The notes beneath the pieces were generated by a model. That model did no database searches. It saw only the letters and a list, made by a program, of their open reading frames with translations, and was not told where the DNA came from. 64,000 bases of DNA from Trichinella spiralis (Eukaryota): the NCBI RefSeq assembly GCF_000181795.1, contig NW_003526941.1, positions 4,243,218-4,307,217 of the forward strand. The letters run 5' to 3'. Below, piece after piece: positions 26,951-41,100 of the stretch. Position 1 is the first letter of the stretch; every line of letters starts with the position of its first letter. Made by a program: the position numbers and the translations under genes.

Positions 26951-29900
26951 ATTTATATATATTCTCTTCTCTAATAAAAGGTAAGTTTATATATATGTAT
27001 ATATGCAAATAGTTGGGCAAACGTTATTTTGAATAGGCGTGTGCGTATAACTGTTCAACGTATATATATATGCATGTATAATTTCATTTAAATTGCCAGC
27101 GTTATCGAAAGACCTAAATTCCATTTGAAGCCGGTTGAAAAGAACCGGTTTGTACATGCTTTCTCCTTATTCTCTGTCGCTCACGTCAAAAACGGATGAC
27201 AACAGCGAATCAGAGCTTAACCAAGGTCGTCTTTTATTAGAAATTTTCTCTGCTTATTTATTATAAGCGAATTCAAAAGGGCGGGTCTTTTCGGTCCGAC
27301 AAAATGTTGACTTTTTTTAAAAAAAACGAACTAAATTAATATTCCAATATTTTTTCCATCCAATTGTAATAATCAGTTGAAAATTGTTCTAAATTTCCTT
27401 TTTTATTCTTATTGCACATTATCAATATTATTAATCGATACAATTGAATTGTTGTCGTTTTAAAAAATTTAAATTTTTCTAATTCTGTTCTATCTCATTC
27501 TCTCTCTCTCTCTCTGCGGGAAAACTTTTAATTTTGAGACTTTTTTCTACTGATGAAAAGCAATTTGTTTTTCTTTCTCGAATGGCAATTTGTTGGTGGC
27601 GTCAAGCGTCAAATTTTAAACATTCACTTTAATATCGCCACTTTTAATTTTTTGAACTTTATTTTCACATTAACAAGAAGAAGAATGATGATGATTTTCA
27701 GGATAAATTTTAAAAGTATCTTTTTTTTCAATATAATGTCAATCGTCCCAAAATTGAACCCGCCATTTTCTTTTGTTGACAAAACTCGATCGTACTACTT
27801 ACTGTACAGTTTGGTTTTTCTTTTTTTTTTCACTGGCGCAATTTTCTTGTCCGATTTGAAAAATCTGCCCTACTTTCCCTTTTTCTTTCCTCGAATTTCT
27901 CTCCACGACCGAGTTATTTTTATTGTAAGTTAGCTTTTTTTTCTTTTTTAAAAATTTAATATTCACTTTCTTACTTTTTTTTATTATTCTACTTTATTAT
28001 TATTTTATTTTTTTTACTAAAAAAATATTGTTGTTCTGATTTTTCGTTGTTGACATGTTGTTGTTACTTATTTTTATTTGCATTTCATGTAAAATCACTT
28101 TTTATTTATTTACATATATATTTTAAAAAAATAGAAATAATTATTACTTTTGATTAATGTTTGCGGGTGAAATTGACGTTGATGACATTTTCTTTTGTTG
28201 TTTTATAATAATGCAATTCTTCTCGTTTTGTTGTCCAAGCAGAAATGAGCTAAATACAATAAATAACACGCGGCGAGAGGCCGATTAACTACCGATAAAG
28301 CGCAAATTGAGATCCATTTTTTATTGCAGTACTGTAACAATATGTATAAAATTGATTTAAAAAAAGTTTTTTATATATTTTATTCTAAATCAACGATCTC
28401 TGCTTTTGTTCTAAATTACAGCACGTACATTGTTAATATATATACGAATTCGAAATTTATAAGAAACAATGTTTTTCATTTTTTTCCATTTTATATATTA
28501 TTCTTTTACCGAAGAGAAAGTAACAAATAGTGAACCTTATTTCCAATTTCAGTTGACAAGAAAAATTTGCATAAAGGTGGCCGTTGTTATCGATGTTGAT
28601 AATTTTGTCACAGCCTAGCAGCGTTCGTTCGGCACATTTTTGGTCTTTCGCGTTCGAAAGGGGTTTCCTCACGCTGGTTCGATTTTAATCGACTGCTACC
28701 TAAAACTGTTTATCGTCCACCCCGTGCGCTGAGGCCGTTGATTTCCTCTTTATTATATAACCGACAGATACAGTCCACGTTAGCGGTCGTCGTTTCGTTA
28801 ATAATCATAATCATAATAATAATAATATTATTATTGTTGTTGTTGTTGGAGTTATTATCATCGACAGCCGGAAATGGCGCAACCCGCACGCTAACTTGAC
28901 AAACGGCGGAAACGGATCACACAATGAACGAAACAGTCCGCCGGAATTTGGCCATGAATTTGCTTGCTCATGGCTGCTCAGATTTCTACCACCACCATCA
29001 GCAGCTTCAGCTTTCATCACGCTGGCGTAACTTGAATTCTAGCCACGGCTGGCATGAAAGCTTTCACTTCAGGTAAGCACAATTTTCAATTCTGCGCATA
29101 TTTTTACTTGAACATAAGAAATTCACAAACGAAAAGAAAATAGATTTGTATTTTTTGATCATTAATATTTTTCCATGGAATAATTGATTAACTCTCTCTC
29201 TCTCTCTCTCTTTCTCTCTCTGATGGTTCATTGCTCAAGGCGGGCACGCCGACGTGAGAGCTCTTCTGTGAGGTTGACGATCGACGCAGAAGAGGTCAAG
29301 ATGTTATATATATATGCATGTGATCTTAGCTTTTCCACGTCACCCAGTGATAGTACATTGATCTGACCAATTGAGATGATATTAATATTGATATTTCAAT
29401 CAACGCCTAGCCGCATGACGTAATGTGAAAAATGCTACCTACGATTTCATTCATTTAAAAGTAAGTAAGTAGTTTTTATTGGAAATTTAAACTTTTCCTT
29501 TCGAATTTTAACCTATATCTCAAATAGAAAATTTTCATCTGAATTATTATGTTTTTTCTTTCAGAATAAGTTTTATAGTTGTTTGAATTTTTTCCAAATC
29601 TATGTACTGGGGGTATTTATGTTGGTATTGAAAATATTTTTTCCACACAAATATAATTAAGTGACGAATGCAACAAAGTTGAAATTGTGAAAAGAAAATT
29701 ATTATTCCACTGGGATTTTTATTTCTTCAATTAAAACTGTCAATCAGGCAATTGGAATATTTGAACAAAAGAAAAATCCCAACTTCTTTCGTCCAACTAT
29801 TCTGATGTTGTTTGTCCTTTGCCTTTTTGTCCAGTGCAAGTGTTTGTTTCCCTTTTAATCATCAGGCAAACAAAAAAGAAGCTTTCATCTCAAATCAATC

Positions 29901-30480
29901 AATCAATCAATCAATTACAATAAAGTTGTTGTTCACGTGGATGAATTTCACTTTTCTCTATGAGGTTTGTAAGAAAAGAAAAGCATCAGACTGAATTTTT
30001 GCATCCCTGGCCTGAATGTTTTCATTTTTCCTCACCGACCGGCTTTTCGAGGTTTGGCAAAATTATTGTTTAATAAATTATTTCAATCGTTTTCAACGAA
30101 CGGCCGAGTTCAAGTAGTGGACAGTTTCGAGGCGAATATTATTTTAAAATGCTGCTTATGAAAGTTATGGTAGTGATCTTTTTTCTCCAAAGCCGCTGTC
30201 GACCTTGACACTTTGGCGCGTGCTGTTCGTTTTTGCTTACTCGAGCAGCTCACTTGACACTGAACATCCCGTGGACCATTCATTACCTCTTCATGGTGCA
30301 TCTTTATCGGTCGTCGATTGATGAGCTGATTTTGAAGAAGGAAACCGTTTGATCGTTCAAGTTCCGTTATTTTTCGGTTATCAGAACTGCACAACTATCT
30401 ATATTCTCACCCCCCCCCTCCCCAGATCAGTCATCGTAGTACATTTCTCTCCTGTACATTATTATTCATTTTTTGCAGCA

Positions 30481-32321
30481 ATGTTCTCACCACTTTTTTG
30501 TCTTCTTCTTCTGCTCAGCTACTGTTCATCATCATCATCATCATCAGTTCTTGCCTCTAAATTACAAATCCCACAATGCAGCAGAACAAGCTTGGTTACA
30601 GGTGTGATGCGTTCGGTCAATCTGGACACCACAGAAATGACCATGACTACGACAATGCAGACACAGATTGGCTTGCACGAGACGGGCTGCTTTTTTGTCA
30701 ATCTGCATCCGGATAATCGACTTTCGCTGAACGACACGGTGGAAGAGTCGATTTTGACAAGCAACACCAGCTTGTTGCACACGTTGCGCTACGAAAGCAC
30801 CCACCAGTTGTATCCTGTCCGTCAGCAGTATATTTTTGCAATACCGGAAATTGATTCCGACTGCATTTGCGATTGTCCAGGTGGTGACGACCACTGCGCC
30901 GTGGATTATGCTTACAAAAATTGCACCGGCGACAATCATTCGGCATTCTGCGTGCACACGTATCATCCGCACCAGTCGGCTGCTGGATGTCAACTGGCCG
31001 GCGAAGCGGATATTTGCTGTAAACTTGTCGTCAAACCGTACCAAAATCGACGTTACGTTGCCGTCCAAATCGGCCAACCGCTGACCGTGGCTACTTTTCA
31101 CTACCAACTTTACAGCAAACAGCACTACGACCAGTGGCAAATGTTACACGATCAACGTTTTCAAGTGTGTTTAAACAAAGTTCTACTTTGAGATTGATTA
31201 TTTGATTTATGGTCCATTTGCAGGCAGTCAGTGGCCAATCCCAACGTGTGCAATTGGATCAGGCTGGTTTGCAGCTTCAGTTGGGCGATTTGAAGCCGAT
31301 CTGGCAGCTCAAAGAAGGCATGTACGTTTTCGATTTGAACGACGAAAATTTCACCCTACGCCACGGGGTTCCGATCAACCGTTTCCACGAGTACAGCGGT
31401 CACAAGTTGGGCTGGCTGCGTTGGCAGAGTGCGGACAAGCGTTGGACCGTACGAAATGGTCGCATCAAGCTGCAAGCTGCCCATTTCGTCCAGACGGTCA
31501 ACTGCCTCGCCCAAGAATATGCCGAAACGTACAACGCCGATTTTTACGTTCCAAGCAAAGAGAACGGCCAGAAGCCGTTTTTCCTTGGACATCCGGTGGA
31601 GCAAACGGAACGCTGGATCCGCACGGTGAAACTGGTCGACCGGAGCAGTACGTCCAGACAAATTCAAGTCGAACAAAACCAATCGCCACCAATAAGCATC
31701 CTGCTCAGCTTCAACAGCACCGTAGGCATGACCGTACTGTATCACGGCTCCGAGCTTGGCGAATTTGTCGCCACCATACATTTGGATGCTCATTCCAATC
31801 GCTTCATCAACATCACCGCCATGAATTGCAAAGGTACACTGATTGGTCAGTTGTACCGGTCGAACAGACAAGAAACAACGGAACTGGTGTTCAGCAGCTA
31901 CGTGGGCGGTGAGGATCGGTTGCAAAATAGTACTATTCGAATCGGCGCGCCGGCCACGGTCAACGGATCCCGGTGGCTTTGTTTGCAACCGTACGAAAAG
32001 CCCAAGCTGCAGAAATGTCGATGGGCAACGTTCAGCGCGCAGCCGTTGCCCAAAGTCGAACTACCCCACAGATGGACTCAAGCTCAGGGTCACTGTACGG
32101 ATTGTAATCAAATTTCGGTAAATAATTTTCTCAAATATCTCAATCCGGCCAACTGGACACAGGGTGTCAACGGCTGGTCCGAAGCGATGGCCGTCGGTTT
32201 GGAAGTGGCGTTCTATTTGTTGTTGGCGGTTATTTTGTGCGCGGTTTGTCGACGTTTGATCTGCCCCGTTTTACGTTGGACAATTTGTGGAAATGGCAGA
32301 ACGAATGCTAACAAATTGTGA
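30481..32321 (+). CDS. EFF/AFF family (fusexin) cell-cell fusogen, about 593 aa, two coding exons (intron 31165-31223)
   Basis: Signal peptide, TQIGLHETGCF, IPEIDSDCICDCPGG, FCVHTYHPHQSAAGC...CCKL, C-terminal TM and short tail. A phase-0 59-nt GT-AG intron joins the two ORFs. Confidence 0.9.
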
Positions 32322-32889
32322 AACTTCAACGCTTCTTCTTCCTCTTCTTCATATGCTCAAGCCATAACTCAAAAACCCGGTTTGTAAAAATACGTCTCTG
32401 TCTGTTTGTCAAATCTGTCAACACGACGTGTAAAATATGCTTGTAAGTAAAACTGAGCAGCAGAAATATTGAAAAAAATTTATTTAAAATTATGTTAAAT
32501 TCCACATTTATTCAAACAAACTGACGTTACTCTCTCTCTCTCTCTGTCTGTCTACTATTTGATCATGCCCGCAGAAATTAATCAACTACATTTTTACTGC
32601 AATTATTAACACTATTGCCGTCCCGTACACAAAACTCTATTCTTCAAATCAACTGCTCCAATTTGACATTTTTGATTCACATTACGTCAACTAACCAACT
32701 AACTTATTCAATCTCCTACTTTTTTACAACGCAACCCCATACGTACACTTCATAGGTGTGTGTTCATTCACAATTCAACAGCAGCAGTTCAAGGAGTTGT
32801 AAATTTATTAAACACCTTCAACAGAGAGAAGACATGTGAAGCAAAACAAATGTGGCAGCTCAAGTTGGAAGATTCCCATTTTTGCCAAT

Positions 32890-32958
32890 TCATTTCTTCG
32901 CCTGACGACGTTTCCTTTTCAAACGACGCATGCGCTTCTTCTTCCATTTATCCCTCAT
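32890..32958 (-). CDS. rpl-41: 60S ribosomal protein eL41, copy 1 (MRDKWKKKRMRRLKRKRRQAKK)
   Basis: Manual translation of the minus strand gives a 69-nt ATG-TGA ORF with the diagnostic KWxKKRMRRLKRKRR. An upstream acceptor lies at about 32999. Confidence 0.92.
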   Translation of the reverse strand: MRDKWKKKRMRRLKRKRRQAKK

Positions 32959-33945
32959 TTTCAACCAACGACAACCGAACGACAAAAAATCCTTTACCTA
33001 AATCAAAAATGTCAACATTCATTCATTTATTTCAAAAAAATTAACCAACAGAACGTAATTAACAATTGGTCGTAGCGTAAAAATATTAGCGCAATGTCGA
33101 AGCAACAAAAAGCTACAAAACAGGAAATCAAGTTTGAAACATTGAAAAAATTATCCATTAATTATAACGAAATACAAATAATGCCTAATAAATAAAAGAA
33201 AAATTGTTCCACTTTATAGTTAAGAGTGGAATGAATCGATTACACATAATATCTCGGTTAAATGCATTTGACAAAATACAGTAATATGCCACGATTATAA
33301 AGACAATGAAGTAAGTATGGATGACACATATTTATTGACTACATCCGTGTAACATTTCTTTTTATGAGGTAACTTTAAAATATATCTGATTGAAATTTTG
33401 TGTCTTAAATTAATAGATTAAACTTTTAAAGATTATTTTTAAACGTTTATTTTCAATCTATAACGCGTATCACTTAAATTTGCATAATAGGTCAGTGAAG
33501 TTGCCAACCCAGGTATGAGTGAAAGCGCAGTCACTGACAGACTTTTCAGTGTCAAAATATCAATCACTACGTCGTGCGAGATGTAATCTTCGTAATGCCG
33601 TGATGTAAGCATTTTAATATTGTATGATAGTGTTACAATAACATGTTGTCGGACCCCATTGTTTTGTTCATTTTTCAATCACTACTATTTTGCACAACTG
33701 ATTTCCTCAGAATTGGAAATTTAAATTCAAAATTATTTTATGCACTGAATTCTATATATTTATTTATAAATGAAAAATGTCCGGAATTCATCAGCGTCAG
33801 AATTCCTAGCTATTTAAAGTTTTCTGATTTATTAAAAGGAACGTCAGAAACACAATATCATAACAAGTTCAGTTCAGAAGTTTAATATTGGCTCATCAGT
33901 GCCATAAATGACCAATACAACATGTATTAGGTATTCAACAGCTTT

Positions 33946-34014
33946 TCACTTTTTCGCTTGCCTTCTCTTTCGTTTCAAACGACGCATACGCTTCTTCTTC
34001 CACTTCGCGCGCAT
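33946..34014 (-). CDS. rpl-41: 60S ribosomal protein eL41, copy 2 (MRAKWKKKRMRRLKRKRRQAKK)
   Basis: Manual translation gives a 69-nt ORF encoding the same peptide except D3A, with many synonymous differences. An upstream acceptor lies at about 34044. Confidence 0.93.
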   Translation of the reverse strand: MRAKWKKKRMRRLKRKRRQAKK

Positions 34015-35534
34015 ATTTATCACAATGATTGCACAGCAATTACCTATAAATGCCCATAATGTACTAAAATCAATTCAATACAACAAAATGAAACTATTTA
34101 TTTCATCTACTAGCATATTCGAAACAAAAACAAAACTTCAGGTGCAAGTAAAACGAACTAACATTCACTAAGTTATGAAATAAACATACGCTGTGAGACG
34201 TTTACATGTTAATTTACACGTAAAATTAATTTATATATAAACATCAAATTACAAAAATCTTCAATAGTTAGCTACAGCACAGCGAGAAATTACAAAGTTT
34301 CTTTACAGACGTAGAAATTTTGCGAAAACTAACATTACAGTATTCATATAATTCAAGCAAATGTAGCAAAATTCTACAGTACTCGTATAATTACAGTATC
34401 ATGCATTTTATTATAAACATTTAATAGGCTATTTAAAAATATATCTTTAAAGTTCTCAATTATTAAAATTATTAATGACTAATTACTTATGAAATTTTAA
34501 TAAATAACGCATATTATGTAATCATCAAGAACACAGCACTTACTGTGTTGGAAACAACAAAATAAAGAATTGTCAATCAACGAAACATTATATTAATCAT
34601 TGATAATTTGAAGTTAATTAAATCGTAAAAGTTTAAAAAAAGTAAAGTGACTCTGGTTTTACTACTTGTTTTTCTCAGATTTCTTAACTTTGAAAACAGA
34701 AAGCAGTAAAATAGTTATGAACAAGCGGAAGTGTAAAATTGACAAGGCCACCTTGTCGTACAAAAAAAATTCAACCACTTTGGAAATGGCATAATGCATT
34801 AATCCTGAAAAAATTAATTTATAAGGAAAGCCCTCATGGTTTTATTGGGTTTTACGAAATTGATTATTACGCATAATTACAATAAATGTATAAGAATTTG
34901 TACATTAAAAAACTGTCTTGATGTTGTGCTACATGATTTTTATTTTGTATATCTAATGCGAACTTTTATATTTTAAATTTTACACACCTATCACACTCAG
35001 TATCTTACTGTATAAAAAGTAAAGCTATTTTATTTAAATAATTTATCTGAGCACGTTAAAAATTCTCCAATAACTGCTGGACTAGTTTATGTAAATAAAA
35101 TTTTCTTCACCAAAAAACTTAAACATTGTAGAATAATATTACATTATGAAATATATCATTAATAATAGCATAAAAAATTTTAAATGCTTAAAATTTTAAA
35201 TTTATAACAGTATTTTTGGAAACTTTATGGAACAATTGAACCTAATATTCATGTTTCATATTGTAGAAATTTGCAGTTTTAGCTGGTGTTTAATTAGTGA
35301 AGAGGTCGTGGGTACCATGGTTTAATTTATCTTTAAAATGAACTTTTGTTATCTTGCAATAAATGAATTCAATTTTATCTTGAACGTTTGAGCAATAAAA
35401 CGAATAAATAAATTTTCAGAATAAATTATATTTATTTAAGGGAAATGAATTGTTTAATAGATTTATCAATTGAGTATGTTATTTATGATTTCTATTTTTT
35501 TAAATTTATTCTAGCTTTGCTTTTATCCATTCTG

Positions 35535-37880
35535 ATGGTTCGATCGAAGAAAACAGTAAAGAGTGAATCGTCTAGAGCTGTGTGTTCATCGACAGACGAC
35601 GAAACCAATGGTAAATTTTTTGACACTGTTTTTTTACATTGTTGAGGCTGAATTTGTTTTGTCGCGTTTTGTTAAAACCGCATGTCAAACATTTGCCTAT
35701 TAGCATGACTAAATTATTTAATCAGTCATTTATTTATTTGTAACAGTAATTTCATTTATTAGTTGTTTTTACTCTTTTTGTAATTTCACGAAACATTTGT
35801 TAGTTAATCCTCTTTAATTGTATTTTAATAAAGCATTATCGAGAAGATTAAAGAGTGAAACAAAGTAATAGTAATTTGATGTATGAGAATGCAATTTCAA
35901 GGTAGATTTAACAAGATTGATAAAAAAAAGAAATGCATCATTTTCTATTTTTTTGAACTATTTATAACTGTAGAGGATAGTGCCAGTGAAATATGTGACG
36001 TGGAGCCTTCAAAAAGCACTGGCAAACTGAATAAGAAGACAAAACTACATGACATTGACGGATCGAAATCTAAAAGAGGTAACCGGCGAACAAAATTGTC
36101 GATTAGTGATTCCGATGATAATTCTTCGGATAGTGGAAGTTCGGATTTAAGCCCAATATTGAAGAAGCGGAAGCAAAACAATTCAAACAAGGTAAAAGAG
36201 AATGTTAATAATGGAAAAGCAGAATGATATTAGCATGTTTGATTTTGTTTGCTTTTAAAACGTTTTGCATTATGTGTAGAAAGACGTGGAGTCGAAGAAG
36301 AAGAAGAAAAAATTGAAGTTATATTTCTCGGATGACAGTGAAGAAAATATGAGCAGTGTAAGTATTTTATCATTTTTATTTTGTTCAAGTCGGTTCGAAT
36401 GGTCGAGTTTGTTCAGATTTGATTTTTTTATTTTAGAATTTACATTCAAATGATGAAAGTGACGAACTACAGAATGACAAAAAGCTACTTGCAGTAGTAA
36501 GTAGCATCTTGATTTTCATGTTGTTTTATTCGATACTAGCATTGCAAAATTTTACGAGGAAAAATGTCATAAACAAAATCTGACTGGACAGTAGTATTAT
36601 TTCAAATGAACAGAATTGTTTAGATTGTGCAAAAAACAAATGAAAATTTGAATTGTTCTTTTTTTAAAGGAATGTAATTTTAGAAAAATGCAAAGAAAAA
36701 TCGAGTGAACAAAGCTAATGTTGGATTGAATGATGAGACTGCTGAGTCGAGTTCTGATTCCAGTTCTTTGTTGCAAATTGATGATGATGATGATGAAAGT
36801 GGCAATAAACAGATATCTGAGACGGTATTTAATTTTTTATACTGTTTTTGAGAAAAATATCACTAATTAAATGTAGCCAAAACTCTAGTGTATTGTTGTA
36901 TTTTTAGAGTTTGCAGAAAAACCTTAATTAACATTTTCATTATTTCAGGAAGAGACAAAACGAAAGCAAGTGAGTGATGAAAAAAGTACATCAGATGATT
37001 CTTTACTAAGCGATCAAAACGATACAAGCAAAGGAAAACAAGCAGAAAGTGAAATTGGAAAATTCAAAAAACAAGTGCAATTTTTTTTGGATAATTTTGA
37101 TGGGAAATTTATGATATTTTGTACATTTAGGAAGATTTGAAAAATCAGCGAGATGAAGAAAGTGATTCAGGATCTTCTTTGCCGTCATTGAATAGTGACA
37201 GTTCTGGAGACAGAAATAAACGCAACAAAAAATCTGATGAGAAGAAAAGCAAGATGAAGGTTGAATATTGAATTTTGATGTTTTAATTAATTAATGAATT
37301 TTCTTTTCCGTACAATTTTGCACGATTTTAGCCATCAGAATCTGTTGACGAATTGTCTGTACTTCGGCGATGCATCCGCGTAGCTGGTCTTTACCCCAAC
37401 TACAAAAGTTTGTTTGTCGATTGTAATTCTGATAGAGAAAAAGTGGACGCAATAAAAGCTTATTTTAGAGAAAATGGATTTAAAGGTATCGCACAAGTAT
37501 TTATATGTGATATATATACATACGTGTAGGTATTTGTTAATTTTGCATTTACAAATTTGAATTGCAGGCAGACGTATAACGGTGGAAGCTTGCAAGAGGT
37601 TTAAAATTCGAAAAGAAGAAGAGAAAGAGATTGCCAGTTTAGACATCAAAAACATCACAGCATGTATTACTGTTAATAATAATAATATTATTATTATTAA
37701 TAAGTAATATTTGTCATTTTTATACGGTTTTTCTTTTTTTGTTTAGCTCGACTTCGTCAGCGTAAAGATCCGCACATGCTATTTCAGCCATCTTCTTCAG
37801 CAGGTCAGTCTTCGTTTCAACAGACCCCCAACTGGAAAGAGTGCATCAAACACAGCGATTTGTTCACCGAAAATGAATAA
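35535..37880 (+). CDS. HIRIP3-like (HIRA-interacting protein 3) protein
   Basis: K/S/D/E-rich low-complexity exons, then the conserved C-terminus LRRCIRVAGLYPNYKSLF...CNS...ITVEACKRFKIRKEEEKEIASLDIKNI. Stop at 37880. Confidence 0.72.
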
Positions 37881-38143
37881 GAGCTTTCTTTCTCTGCAAT
37901 GCAAAATTGGTTCGTCGAATTTTTTTCACGACAGTTTTTTTTAATTAGAGAAACTGTAAACATTGGCACTGAGAAAAGCATAGTACGGTAATGAAATGAA
38001 GTAAAAAAATCCAGTACATATATATACATGCATATCATTTGTACATGTAGTATGCAAATTTTGTTGTTGGCAAAAGTGGCAAAGAGGATGGAAACAGAAA
38101 ATGATAAATATACTGTTTTCTCATTTTTCTCACAATTAATTTG

Positions 38144-41100
38144 TTAAACTTGCGTAGCGCGTACGGGTCGTTTGCGATTTGTTGGCCTTTTCAACGTGGA
38201 AAAAGTTGGATATTCACAGGGTCGAGATGATTTTCCGGTGCGACTTTCCCCCCCAGCAACGTTGGACGTACGTCGACTTTTCTGCTGATTACCACCACCG
38301 GCAACAACAGCTGCTGATGGGATGCAGGAGCCGGTTCGATTTGGCAGTTTACGCAATACGGTTGCCTTTTCCAATGGACGACCATGTCCACGAACTGCTT
38401 CAACCTGTTGTTGGTCAGTCGGTTCTTCTGTTCCAACGGTATCTTTGGGCTTGCCGTTTGCAATTATACCAGATGGACAGTCTACAAGAAAGAATTCACT
38501 TCAGCAATGGTTATTATTAATTTATACAACTGTGTTGGATGTAAGCATTTTTTTTCAACATCTACATTTCTTCTCTAAACACTATGCAAAACCGAATGTG
38601 TAAAAAAAATAAACAAATTCGTTCACTGAAAGCAGAAATAATATATATATATTATAAACCAAGCCTTATTATCATTATTCATTCTTCCGGCAAACAAATT
38701 CTACTACATCTCTTTCAACAATTGATTCATTCTTCATTCACCGTTACTGCAACTATGATGGCACAAGTGGTTACCCTGTGTGGAGAAAAACAAAAGAAAT
38801 TTCTGCCACATCTCATCATGCGCTCTACGTCTATCTTCAACATCTACCGATGATATAAGCCAGTGTGCTTGCTGTGTGTGAACGTTGTTAAAATATCTTT
38901 TACCTTTTTTTAGCTTGTTAGTGAAAAAGAAGAATCCGAAGTTTTTGCTCATGTTAGGTAACGTGCTCGTCTATTTTTACATTTTTTTTCTTTTTAGTCT
39001 ATTTATCATTTTGGTCTACTGCACTTCCACTTACGACTACTGCTGCCGTTGCTGGCAGCAACACCGGTATGGTTAGCCGGCTTGACATCGTCTGACAACG
39101 ACGACGAAGATGAAGACGAAGAAGCGACAATAAACGAATTAATAATTGCCTCCAACTGCGCAATCTCAGGTTCCACCGCGCTGTCCGTGACCCTGATCAC
39201 CGCCTCTGGCGGCCACGTACATACCTGATGCTGTTGTTGATGATGACCGCCGTGTACGTGATGATGATGCTGGTGCTGGTGATGATGATGATGATTATTA
39301 TTATTATTTGCATTTTGATTTCCATTTGAAGGTGACTGTTGTTGATTCTGCTGCTGCGCATGGACAGGAGATGCAGCCGACGGTGGTGGTGCCAAAACTG
39401 ATTTGCGATTTCGAGCATTTTGCCTTCTTTCACCATTACTGTTTCCATTAGGGCGTTGGTGTTGTCTTGCTTGAGCGGCACCAATTGACAACGACGTATC
39501 ATCTGAGGAACAAGCCCACTGCTGTTGTTGTTCTCTGTAATGCATAGCAGTACTGTAACTCGGTGGAGGTGCAGTATGCTGTTGTTGATTGGTTTGATTG
39601 TTCGTCGTCGACCTACGAGCAATATGCGGTAGTGACGATGCAAATTTCGATCCTCCGCTCACATAATCAGGCAACGCTATTCTCCTGGTCCCAGATGGAA
39701 TCTGACTTGGCATTATTAATCCAGTTGGACCGTAAATTGTTGAAAAATGGTCAACTGATATTTTATAAGTTCCACCACTCGTCGAAGGATCAATGTTATT
39801 ATACACCGGGGGCAATGGTAAAGGTAATGATGGTTGTGATAGTGGTGGCGGTGGTGGTGGTGGAGGCAGTGGTGGATTGCTGCGAGTCCGTTGAGTGCCA
39901 TTTTTCTGCGCAGGAAATGAAATGCTGGGTTCCGCCGACGATGAGACGGAACCTTCGTGCAACATCCTCAACCTCGACAACGCCGGCGATGGATGCGGTA
40001 ACGATGCCAAAGTAGCCGAAGACGATGCAGGCAAACAAGCGACAGAAACGGCGGTTCCAATTCTGCAGCTTACTCTGCTTTGTACAGGCAAGTAGTCAGC
40101 TTTTGTAGACGACGACGACGACGTTCGAACTAATTTCGTCGACGCTTGCTGTTTAGCTTTTGTCAAAATTGTCTGCCGGATCAAATTCAAATCTTCCTCC
40201 TGACTGCGAACCGTCTCCTCAAGACGACACCGATGCGTTTTTTCCATTTCCAAGCATTTTCGACATTCGGCCAGCTCAGCCCGAACTGTGGCCAGCGATT
40301 TCAAATCAACATCCGGTCCAGTTTTGGACATGCGTTGACGTTCTTCGACAAAACGTACCAACATCTGTCGACGTTCTTGCAACAAGTACAAAACCATTTG
40401 CTTGTGGCGTTCTTTCTCGTCAGCCAACGCTTGTCGAGTTTTTTCCAAATCCGACCGCACAGATTCCAATTCTCTCTTATACATTTCCGTCTTTGCAAAA
40501 AGAAAAATATTCAATATTTATGTAAATATAGATATGTATGTAATGTTTTAATTTTTATTTTAGGCCGAAATTCAAATCATTCATTCTCAATCAGTTACCT
40601 ACCTCTTCACGCAACTTGTCACGCTCTTTTTCCAACAGCATGCACACATCATCGCCTTGTTCAACTTCTTGGGCTCGTTTTCGTCGTTCATGTTCCAACT
40701 CGCGCACAGTTTTCGCATGCCGCTTTATTACAGTAAGTAATACCTGAAAATTTTCAAAACTTTCACTTTTGAATCTGAAATCAAAAACGTTTCTTCGATT
40801 TTATTAGCATAATGTGCTTTTTTCAAAAATAATTTCAAAATTGGTCTGCATCTTCCCTTAGGAATTAGGAAAAAGGCAATTAATTAATTAGTGACATTTA
40901 AAGAAAAAAAATTTTTTTTTCTTTTTGAAATGCAACTTCAAAATATCTATAACAGCTGTTTGCGTATAATCAAATCGCAGTTCCGTGATATGATGCTTGA
41001 ACAAGGTAGAAGATAAAATTACTTTAAAGAAGAAAAATATATATCATATGTATAAAAAAGTAAATATTCGAAAGTTTTCAAAAGGAAAAAGTAAAAAAAG

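Noticed and set aside
30519..31988. Long overlapping ORFs around the fusogen
   Set aside because: They are alternative-frame or antisense shadows of a GC-rich coding exon.
30481..32321. Endogenous viral glycoprotein or retroelement env
   Set aside because: There is no gag/pol or LTR nearby, the gene has a spliceosomal intron, and the motifs fit the cellular EFF/AFF family.
39197..40736. Multiple overlapping ORFs
   Set aside because: They are shadows of the large low-complexity CTTNBP2NL-like exon.
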